Shown: one piece after another, positions 9,010-18,717 of the stretch | How the letters are laid out: every line of letters starts with the position of its first letter | Position numbering within the stretch: position 1 is the first letter of the stretch | Source: a virus | Taxonomy: Duplodnaviria > Caudoviricetes | Virus record (IMG/VR): IMGVR_UViG_3300020044_004491 | Span: 1-31,965 of that record | Direction: 5' to 3' (one strand) | Length of the DNA: 31,965 nt | The notes under the pieces: generated by a model | Told to the model about the DNA's origin: nothing | Databases searched by the model: none | The model's input: the letters and a program-made list of their open reading frames with translations, nothing else | Position numbers and translations under genes: made by a program

Positions 9010-9120
9010 CTAAATACTTTGTATGCTACGAGTTTCTAGTTTGTAGTGTTGATGGCAGACACATTCTTTGTTTGGGCAGTAGTAGTAGGCGTCTTCGTTG
9101 TAGTCGTGGATGTTTTCCAT
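9010..9120 (-). CDS. 36-aa Cys/His peptide
   Basis: MENIHDYNEDAYYYCPNKECVCHQHYKLETRSIQSI with GGGG-type RBS. Confidence 0.45.
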   Translation of the reverse strand: MENIHDYNEDAYYYCPNKECVCHQHYKLETRSIQSI

Positions 9121-9169
9121 TTGTTTACCCCGTACCCTTGTTTTGTTAAGTACTAGTACTTTTTTTCTA

Positions 9170-9301
9170 CTACTTTTCTTCTGTTACTTCTGTGCTACCT
9201 GTTGTGAAGGCTGCTTCATAACCTGGGTAGTCTTGTAGTTTGTCGTTCTCGTCGAGTATGTAGGCGTGGTCACCGATGATTACTAACATTGAGTTGGTCA
9301 T
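9170..9301 (-). CDS. 43-aa acidic peptide, probably leaderless
   Basis: MTNSMLVIIGDHAYILDENDKLQDYPGYEAAFTTGSTEVTEEK; TATACT at 9308-9313, 6 nt before ATG. Confidence 0.55.
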   Translation of the reverse strand: MTNSMLVIIGDHAYILDENDKLQDYPGYEAAFTTGSTEVTEEK

Positions 9302-9429
9302 ATGTGCAGTATATACGCTCTAGTTGCTAACGCGGCCTAGTGGCGGCCCGTCGGCTTCGCCTCCTCCTCGCCTAGTGCCTTTGCTTCGCTTCGCTCGCAC
9401 AGCACGTGTTTTTATTTTCCTGTTAAAAG

Positions 9430-9458
9430 AAGAGAGAGAAGTTGCCAAGAGAGAGAAG
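9430..9458. repeat. Direct repeat AAGAGAGAGAAG x2
   Basis: Exact 12-mers at 9430-9441 and 9447-9458. Confidence 0.85.
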
Positions 9459-9725
9459 AAAAAACCCCCCCGCTGAACATCAACTTAAAAAGTTGGGGGA
9501 AGTCGTCAGCTAACTTGCCTGGCTAGGTTGCGCAACAGGGCTTGAATATTTTCTTCTCTTAAAAAAGCGGCAAGGCGACCCCGTTTGACGGTCTACATCC
9601 TCGGTTATATTTCCTGGCTACCCCGACTTTGTCGGCACCAGGGTTTCCCCGATAGAGCAGGATTCCCACCTGACACCACTGTTCACGCCGTGGTGGGCGA
9701 CACTTTCGTGCTAAGTGAAGTTGTG
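9455..9725 (-). ncRNA. Putative structured non-coding RNA (~270 nt)
   Basis: Directly downstream of a copy of the phage promoter motif; no credible ORF. Hairpins GCAC-GAAA-GUGU, CACCAC/GUGGUG, CAGG-UGGGAAU-CCUG, GGG-GAAA-CCC, CCGAC-AAA-GUCGG, CCGU-CAA-ACGG, CAACUU/AAGUUG; ends in G7-U6. Confidence 0.6.
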
Positions 9726-9726
9726 T

Positions 9727-9751
9727 TCTATAGTACAGCTTGTTTCATTAC
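9727..9751 (-). promoter_or_regulatory. Phage promoter motif copy driving putative ncRNA
   Basis: Minus strand reads GTAATG-AAACAAGCTGTACTA-TAGA. Confidence 0.65.
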
Positions 9752-9785
9752 ATGCGGCGCTAGTACTTGATATACCTGTGATATA

Positions 9786-9992
9786 TCACCGCTTACTATT
9801 TGAACGCTCCTTTGCGTACGAAATCAAGCTTGAGCAATCGTTGCGGCTCATGCCTTCAGTGTATGGAATACCAAGCTTTTTCATATATGCTAACTGCTTA
9901 GGCGTTGGCGCAATAAAAGGCTTTGGTTTCTTCTGCGTGTACGTGATGTATCGGTTTGATGGAAGACTGCGCTCCCAGTTCATTCGTGTCAT
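9786..9992 (-). CDS. Small basic hypothetical protein (68 aa)
   Basis: AAGGAG RBS; PTPKQLAYMKKLG...SRNDCSSLIS small helical motif. Confidence 0.75.
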   Translation of the reverse strand: MTRMNWERSLPSNRYITYTQKKPKPFIAPTPKQLAYMKKLGIPYTEGMSRNDCSSLISYAKERSNSKR

Positions 9993-10007
9993 GTCGTGCT
10001 CCTTGAA

Positions 10008-10490
10008 TTAAATCTTAGCTTGGTTCTTTCGCTTTTGGTAAGCCTTCTTGTTGTTTTCTTTAATTTTTTTTGGGTCTACATTCTTTTTGTATTGGCGCGA
10101 TACGGCACAAACAGAGCAGTCCTTGGCAATTCGATATTTGCCTTCATAAGAAAACGGCATTCCATGCCGACAATGGAGCTTCTTGTGGTTGTACTGGCGC
10201 TTCTTGGCGTTCCGGTCAGCCATGTTGTCTTCAACGGTTCCAAGAACTAGATGGTCTGGGCGGACACAAGCTGGGTTGTCACAGGTGTGTGTGACGTGTT
10301 TTCCCGTTGGCCACTCTCCGTGTTCAAGAAACCACGATACGCGGTGTGAGTATTCGGTCTTCAGGTTGATGCTGAATCGGCCATATCCGTTGTACAGCAG
10401 GTGTGCTTTCCACACCCAGCAGCCGTCGGTCTTATCTACTTTTTCCCAGAAACGTTCTTCTACTGGTCTAAGTGGTCGTTTACTTTTCAT
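10008..10490 (-). CDS. HNH endonuclease
   Basis: AGGAG RBS before MKSKRP; RFWEKVDK..GCWVW, HRVSW, HTCDNPACVRPDHL..GT..DN; C-terminal HCRHG...CSVC. Confidence 0.93.
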   Translation of the reverse strand: MKSKRPLRPVEERFWEKVDKTDGCWVWKAHLLYNGYGRFSINLKTEYSHRVSWFLEHGEWPTGKHVTHTCDNPACVRPDHLVLGTVEDNMADRNAKKRQYNHKKLHCRHGMPFSYEGKYRIAKDCSVCAVSRQYKKNVDPKKIKENNKKAYQKRKNQAKI

Positions 10491-10626
10491 TGTATTTCTC
10501 CTGTTCGTCGTGCCAATATTGTGCTTCTTCTTCTTCTGACCAGTTTGGTGGCCATGGTTCTCGTTCGATGCCTTCAAACGCATCTAGTGGAAATCCGTTA
10601 TTGATATACTCTTCGTGCTTACTCAT
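10480..10626 (-). CDS. 48-aa acidic peptide, probably leaderless
   Basis: MSKHEEYINNGFPLDAF...; TATGCT at 10634-10639, 7 nt before ATG. Confidence 0.55.
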   Translation of the reverse strand: MSKHEEYINNGFPLDAFEGIEREPWPPNWSEEEEAQYWHDEQEKYNEK

Positions 10627-10665
10627 ACCTGTTAGCATACACCATGTTGACGGTTTGTAGTGTAT

Positions 10666-10690
10666 GTAACGAAACAAACTTCTATATAGG
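10666..10690 (+). promoter_or_regulatory. Phage promoter motif upstream of terS
   Basis: GTAACG-AAACAAACTTCTATA-TAGG. Confidence 0.7.
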
Positions 10691-10718
10691 AACATTTTTA
10701 ATTTTCGGAGGGTAATAC

Positions 10719-11165
10719 ATGGCTGCAGCTTTATTGCTTACACAAGAGCAGGAAGCTTATTTGGCGTGGTTACTCACTCCTGAAGACCAACGTGAACCGG
10801 CAACTAAGCGTGCCTATGCAGATTCAAAGGAAATGCACGAGAACACGCTGCGCAGTTGGGAAAAGAAAAAGAACTTTATAGAACGGTGGAAGTTGGGTGT
10901 TGAAGGACTCAATCAATCACCAGAACGGACACAGAAGCTCTTGGATGCGCTTTATATAAAGGGAATCTCTGGCGATACAAAGTCGGCGGAGCTTTACCTG
11001 AAAGCTACTGGCAATATGCCTAATGCATCCACGTTGAATATCAAGACCGAAACTTCACTCCGTGATATATCAGACGAAGAACTGGAAAAGATGATTTTGG
11101 AACTTGGCGCTAAGCAAGTAAAGAAAGCTCCAGTCTTTCCAATGTCAATTACAGAGGCAAATTAA
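10719..11165 (+). CDS. Terminase small subunit (HTH type)
   Basis: GGAGG RBS; N-terminal HTH (KRAYAD..EMHENTLRSWEK), GDTKSAELYLKATG, DISDEELE; first gene of the structural arm. Confidence 0.7.
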   Translation: MAAALLLTQEQEAYLAWLLTPEDQREPATKRAYADSKEMHENTLRSWEKKKNFIERWKLGVEGLNQSPERTQKLLDALYIKGISGDTKSAELYLKATGNMPNASTLNIKTETSLRDISDEELEKMILELGAKQVKKAPVFPMSITEAN

Positions 11166-11518
11166 TGCGAGCACAATGGTCCGCGCCAGGCGGAAACACA
11201 CTTCAAGGGCGTAGTAATGCGCTCCAAGTACAAATCAACAACACGATTAAGCGCGCACTCAAAGAACAAAGCGACGCTCTATTAAACGACCACCAACAAG
11301 AAGACCTAATCAATGGTGGCGATGCTTCAACAACTCAGTTTCATTATCTTTTAGTTCCTAACACGACAGCAATGGGCGCATCTACTACAGCCGCTGGTGC
11401 ATTTGACGCAAACACAGGTGCAGCTGGTTCATTGACTCCTGCAGCAACAGCGTTTGGTACAGCACAATATGTATTTAAGACACGCAGAGATTTCCGTAAT
11501 TCAGGAAGAGGTTACTAA
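11165..11518 (+). CDS. Hypothetical virion protein
   Basis: 117 aa, TAATG coupled, Ala/Thr/Gly-rich. Confidence 0.65.
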   Translation: MRAQWSAPGGNTLQGRSNALQVQINNTIKRALKEQSDALLNDHQQEDLINGGDASTTQFHYLLVPNTTAMGASTTAAGAFDANTGAAGSLTPAATAFGTAQYVFKTRRDFRNSGRGY

Positions 11519-14128
<2,610 letters not shown>

Positions 14129-14137
14129 GGAGTAATC

Positions 14138-14491
14138 ATGGCTACATTTACGAAAGAAAAACTTTCAGCATCAACGAATGGTCGAGGAATAAAAGTTGCT
14201 GCCACTGCAAGCACTGGAACAACAATCCATCAGACTGGAACTGGCAACAAAGATGAAGTTTGGCTATACGCCTACAACTCTGCATCCACGCCACAATTAC
14301 TTACGATTCAATTTGGTGGAACAACAACAGTTGATGATGACATTAAATTGAACATTCCTGCACAAAGCGGATTAACACTTGTTGTTCCCGGATTGACTCT
14401 TGTTCCATCTGGTTCTGCTCTGACTGTTGCTGCATATGCTGCTACTACAAACGTGGTGACAATTCAGGGCTATGTGAACAGGATTAGTTAA
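14138..14491 (+). CDS. Small beta-rich virion/fibre-associated protein
   Basis: AAGGAG RBS; 117 aa inside fibre island. Confidence 0.7.
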   Translation: MATFTKEKLSASTNGRGIKVAATASTGTTIHQTGTGNKDEVWLYAYNSASTPQLLTIQFGGTTTVDDDIKLNIPAQSGLTLVVPGLTLVPSGSALTVAAYAATTNVVTIQGYVNRIS

Positions 14492-15378
14492 TGGCTAATC
14501 CAGTTAGAAGGAATCTTTCGTCAAGCCAAGTAGAAGAGTGGTTTGGTGCAAAATATATTTATATACCATCGCGTTCTGGTGCTGCTGTTGGTGTTGAATT
14601 TCTTATAGTTGCAGGTGGTGGAGGCGGTGGATACTCAACTGGTGGAGGTGGCGGAGCCGGTGGATACGTAGAAGGATATGCATACTTGCCAACAACCATC
14701 TCAATAACTGTTGGTGCTGGTGGAGCTGGTGCAACATCAACGGCAGTTGGAAGCAACGGTGGTAACTCTGTTCTTGCAGACATTGTCGCTTTTGGTGGAG
14801 GTGGAGGACCAACTGGTTCTGGAAACGGAAGAAACGGTGGTTCGGGTGGTGGTGGACCATGGCCCGGTTCAGATTTTCCTGGAAGAGCAACTCAATTAAA
14901 CCCATATGTTGGTTATGGATATGGAAATGATGGTGGTCAACCAACAGGTATTAACTATCGAGGAACTGGGGGCGGAGGAGCAGGAGCAGTAGGCCAAGAC
15001 GGTGGAACAAACGGTGGGGTTGGTGGAACTGGTGGAACTGGAAAATCATCAACAATTACTGGTTCAGCTGTAGATAGAGCTGGTGGCGGAGGAGCAGGAG
15101 CAATCTTCCAAACAGCTGGACCTGGCGGTACTGGTGGTGGAGGAGCTGGTTCAGCAACAACAACAGGTTCAAACGGAACAACAAACACAGGCGGTGGCGG
15201 TGGTGGAGGGACAAACGTTGCAAACGGTGGAACCGGTGGCTCAGGAATAGTTATTATTAAATTTAGAGACACGTTGACAGCAACGGTATCTCCTGGTTTG
15301 ACACAAACAAACTCATCTTCTGGTGGATTTAGAATCTATTCATTTACTGCTGGCACAGGGACGGTGGCATTCGCATAA
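14491..15378 (+). CDS. Glycine-rich (polyglycine) fibre/adhesin protein
   Basis: VEFLIVAGGGGGG...GGGGAGG, many Gly runs, GGSGIVIIK ending. Confidence 0.8.
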   Translation: MANPVRRNLSSSQVEEWFGAKYIYIPSRSGAAVGVEFLIVAGGGGGGYSTGGGGGAGGYVEGYAYLPTTISITVGAGGAGATSTAVGSNGGNSVLADIVAFGGGGGPTGSGNGRNGGSGGGGPWPGSDFPGRATQLNPYVGYGYGNDGGQPTGINYRGTGGGGAGAVGQDGGTNGGVGGTGGTGKSSTITGSAVDRAGGGGAGAIFQTAGPGGTGGGGAGSATTTGSNGTTNTGGGGGGGTNVANGGTGGSGIVIIKFRDTLTATVSPGLTQTNSSSGGFRIYSFTAGTGTVAFA

Positions 15379-15716
15379 TGGCACATTACGCATTTTTAGA
15401 CGAAAGCAATATTGTCACCGAGGTGATTGTCGGTCGCAACGAAGATGAAGTTGTAGATGGAATTGACAATTGGGAGGCTTACTATGCTTCCATGCGTGGA
15501 CAACGTTGTGTAAGAACTTCATATAATGGAAATATCCGAAAACAATTTGCTGGTATTGGTTTTAAGTATGACGAAGTAGCAGATGTTTTTGTTTGTCCAT
15601 CTATTTATTCATCGTGGACTCTTGATGAAAACCACGATTGGCAACCACCAACACCGATGCCAGCAGAAGGTATTTGGCGTTGGAATGAAGAAACACTTTC
15701 TTGGATTGAGGTTTAA
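15378..15716 (+). CDS. Fibre-associated protein, possible assembly chaperone
   Basis: MAHYAFLDE.NIVTEVIVG...TSYNGNIRKQFAGIG...WQPPTPMP...W.WNEETLSW; follows the Gly-rich fibre gene. Confidence 0.65.
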   Translation: MAHYAFLDESNIVTEVIVGRNEDEVVDGIDNWEAYYASMRGQRCVRTSYNGNIRKQFAGIGFKYDEVADVFVCPSIYSSWTLDENHDWQPPTPMPAEGIWRWNEETLSWIEV

Positions 15717-15718
15717 CC

Positions 15719-16684
15719 ATGGCAACAATTAATTTCCCAACATCTCCAACAAACGGTCAGGTTTTTACCGACGGCGACCATACTTGGGTATTTAGTTCTG
15801 TCGGTGCAGGTGGACCTGGTGCGTGGAAATTAGAGGCACAAACAGTTACTGGTCCAACAGGTCCAGCAGGTCCAATTACCTCAAAAAACATGATGGTAAA
15901 TGGCAACTTTGATATATGGCAACGAAATACTTCAACATCAACCAATCTTGCATATTCTGCTGACCGTTGGTTTATTAACACCAATGGAACAGCAACAGCT
16001 ACATTTTCAAGAATTGATGTATCAGCACAAGGTGTTGGCTCTCGATATGGAGCACGAGTTGCCAGAAGTGCTGGTACAGATATTTTTGGAATCATTACTT
16101 GCCAAGAAGGCGCTTTAGGAACTGTTAATAAATCAGTAACTTTGAGTGGGTATATTCGCAAGGGTTCTGGATTGACTTCTGATGTTTCTATTGCTTTCGG
16201 AACTCGTGCATCAAAATTTGGCACTGTATACGATTCTGCGAACATCACAATTGCAAATGCAACAATGTCTACAAGCACTTGGTACAGATTCAGCACCACA
16301 ATGTCTGTAACTACTTCTACTTCAACGAATAGTGCAGACATTTTTGAAATTGAAGCTATTGCGTTATCGCAAGCAGGTGGGGCAAACGTTCATTTTGAAC
16401 TTGCTTCAGTACAGCTTGAAATTGGCACTACAGCTAGTGAATTTGAACAAGAAGACCAGAGTCTTACGCTTCTTCGTTGCAAGCGTTATTATCAAACAGC
16501 AGCTACATATGTGCAAACAAGCACGACTGCAGTTACGTGGATTTTTCCTGTTGAAATGAGAGTTAATCCAGTAGTTGCTGGTGGAGGAACTGGTTTCACT
16601 ATTGATGGTGCTTCTACAACTGTTGGAAACTGGTATCAAACTACTCGTGCTAAACAGACACTAACTTTGGAAGCTGATTTCTAA
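15719..16684 (+). CDS. Tail fibre with carbohydrate-binding-like domain
   Basis: FPTSPTNGQ N-terminus, short collagen, NMMVNGNFDIWQR...VQLEIG..ASEFE...LLRCKRYYQ...FPVEMR. Confidence 0.8.
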   Translation: MATINFPTSPTNGQVFTDGDHTWVFSSVGAGGPGAWKLEAQTVTGPTGPAGPITSKNMMVNGNFDIWQRNTSTSTNLAYSADRWFINTNGTATATFSRIDVSAQGVGSRYGARVARSAGTDIFGIITCQEGALGTVNKSVTLSGYIRKGSGLTSDVSIAFGTRASKFGTVYDSANITIANATMSTSTWYRFSTTMSVTTSTSTNSADIFEIEAIALSQAGGANVHFELASVQLEIGTTASEFEQEDQSLTLLRCKRYYQTAATYVQTSTTAVTWIFPVEMRVNPVVAGGGTGFTIDGASTTVGNWYQTTRAKQTLTLEADF

Positions 16685-16758
16685 TGTCAACATATTTGAA
16701 TACATACACTACGACCAGTATTCTTGGTCTACAATTAAATAACAATCAGGAGGAATAA
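16684..16758 (+). CDS. 24-aa bridging ORF
   Basis: TAATG overlaps at both ends; MSTYLNTYTTTSILGLQLNNNQEE. Confidence 0.4.
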   Translation: MSTYLNTYTTTSILGLQLNNNQEE

Positions 16759-17063
16759 TGCCATCAGCAGAACAGACAGCAGCACTTGAAGCTCGTAGAG
16801 CAGAAGTGGCTCAATACCAACAGAACATCAGCACCTTCCAGACAATTCTTGCAACCCTTCCAAACGAATTGCCAGAACGCCTTCAGGGTTTCCGTGCTCG
16901 CACTGACCGTCACGCAGCAGCAGGAGAAATCGAAAATCTCGATGACGTTGCTCTTGTTTCAGACGTATGGTTCTATGACGAACTTCAGGGTCGCGTGCGT
17001 TCAGAAACAGTTGAAATGCGCAAAGCAGCAGCAATTCTTGCTGTTCTTGAAGCACAAGCTTAA
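16758..17063 (+). CDS. Helical hypothetical protein (possible fibre chaperone)
   Basis: AGGAGG RBS; 101 aa, coiled-coil-like. Confidence 0.7.
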   Translation: MPSAEQTAALEARRAEVAQYQQNISTFQTILATLPNELPERLQGFRARTDRHAAAGEIENLDDVALVSDVWFYDELQGRVRSETVEMRKAAAILAVLEAQA

Positions 17064-17071
17064 GGAGAACC

Positions 17072-17593
17072 ATGATTGACTTTCCGTCGTCACCAGTTAA
17101 TGGGCAGACGTTTACATCAGGTGATTTCACATGGGTGTATTCTTCGTCTGTCGGCGGATGGAATCTTGTAACAACAACCGTTACTGGTCCAACTGGTCCA
17201 ACTGGTTTTACAGGACCTACTGGTCCAGCAGGTTCAGCTTCTAGCACAGGAGCTACTGGTCCTACAGGTGCTGATGGTTCAACGCTTGTTATTAATGCAC
17301 AATCTGGAACGACTTATTCATTTGTTCTTTCAGATTCTGCAAAAATGGTTTCATTTAATAACTCATCAGCGCAAACAGTAACTGTTCCGTTGAACTCATC
17401 ACAAGCATTTGCAATCGGAACTCAAATAAACATTATTCAACTCGGCACAGGACAAGTAACACTTGTTGGTGCAGGTGGAGTAACAGTCAACTCATCTCAA
17501 GGACTAAAGTTGCGTAGTCAATATTCAGTTGCATCTTTGTTTAAAGGCGCTACAGATACTTGGTATGTGAGTGGTGACACGGTAGTTTCGTAA
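17072..17593 (+). CDS. Short collagen-containing fibre adaptor protein
   Basis: FPSSPVNGQ N-terminus, GPT repeats, C-terminal domain homologous to that of 29950..30519. Confidence 0.8.
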   Translation: MIDFPSSPVNGQTFTSGDFTWVYSSSVGGWNLVTTTVTGPTGPTGFTGPTGPAGSASSTGATGPTGADGSTLVINAQSGTTYSFVLSDSAKMVSFNNSSAQTVTVPLNSSQAFAIGTQINIIQLGTGQVTLVGAGGVTVNSSQGLKLRSQYSVASLFKGATDTWYVSGDTVVS

Positions 17594-18702
17594 TGCGTGT
17601 TTTTGGCACTCCAGCATCAATAGATGTTCAAGCATCTGTGTGGAAAATGTTTTTAACATCCAATACAACGGATACTGGTTTTGTGCCAATCCAGTATTGG
17701 GGTTACAAGTGGAACCGAATGTATGAGGGTTATGGAACTTTACTTTCAGATGCTACTGGTTCTACGTGGAGTAGCGTTTCTGGACCAGGTCAACTAAATC
17801 AATCTTTTACAATTAGTCCACAAAATAATTATCTAGGCAATACGTCTGGTTCAGGTACAGCAACTATACGTGCAAGAGCAAGACCATTTATTAAATCTGG
17901 TTTATTTGAGGGACCGGGTACTACTTTTTTAAGTTTCCCACAACTTGGAACAACAACTCCAGTTCAAATATTATGGAACAATAATGAAGATGCTGTATTT
18001 TGGTCAAGGAATGTTTCTCCATATATTTATGCAGCAACATTTTCTCCATCTGGGTGGGGAACTCTTTATGCAAACCCAGTTACCGCATCACCAAGCAGTG
18101 GACCAATAGATGTAAACCTTGCAACAAATGATGTTGCCCTTCAAACTCCAACTGGTGGTGGAATATCAGCGATTAATGCTTGGACATTTTCAACATCAAC
18201 TGGATGGGGGACAAAACTTTCAGACCCTGCAGCTGGATTCCCAACAGCATCATCCAATAAACCAGCGTTTACTAAAAACGGTGATGCAATTGTGTGCCAT
18301 GGGACTAATAGTCCATATGTGTTTGTATATCCATGGATTGCTGGTCTTGGTTTTGGAACAAAATATGCAGACCCAGCAGCAACTCTCAACGGTGTTACTT
18401 ATTCAAATTGGAACCCAGCACAAACAGTACTTGGATTAGTAGCCAATACTACCGGAATTAATACAGCATTTTATAGGTGGTCTAACTCAACTGGTTGGGG
18501 TACACAATACTCACCACAATCATCAATTGCTTTAACTGCATCATGGTCTCCAGATGGCAAATCTGTTGGTGGTGGAAGTTTAGGAACGGATACATTAACC
18601 TATCGTTGGGATGATACAACAGGTTTTGGCACACAGTATTCAAACCCAGTACAACCTATAGGCTCAGATGTTTCTTATGCGTATGGATTTTTCTCAAATT
18701 AA
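17593..18702 (+). CDS. Beta-propeller-like repeat protein (putative receptor-binding)
   Basis: At least five ~45-aa repeats containing G(W/F)GTx(Y/L)xxP. Confidence 0.7.
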   Translation: MRVFGTPASIDVQASVWKMFLTSNTTDTGFVPIQYWGYKWNRMYEGYGTLLSDATGSTWSSVSGPGQLNQSFTISPQNNYLGNTSGSGTATIRARARPFIKSGLFEGPGTTFLSFPQLGTTTPVQILWNNNEDAVFWSRNVSPYIYAATFSPSGWGTLYANPVTASPSSGPIDVNLATNDVALQTPTGGGISAINAWTFSTSTGWGTKLSDPAAGFPTASSNKPAFTKNGDAIVCHGTNSPYVFVYPWIAGLGFGTKYADPAATLNGVTYSNWNPAQTVLGLVANTTGINTAFYRWSNSTGWGTQYSPQSSIALTASWSPDGKSVGGGSLGTDTLTYRWDDTTGFGTQYSNPVQPIGSDVSYAYGFFSN

Positions 18703-18717
18703 ATACCGAAGGAAAAA

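Noticed and set aside
9655-9715. tRNA gene
   Set aside because: Only a T-loop-like hairpin is present; no cloverleaf, anticodon arm or acceptor stem could be built.
9585-10294. Plus-strand ORFs 9585..9770, 9715..10011, 9996..10250, 10070..10294
   Set aside because: No RBS or recognisable motifs; antisense to better-supported minus-strand features.
9455-10490. IscB/HEARO (OMEGA) RNA-guided system from HNH plus ncRNA
   Set aside because: The HNH protein is 160 aa with no PLMP or RuvC motifs, and another gene separates it from the RNA.
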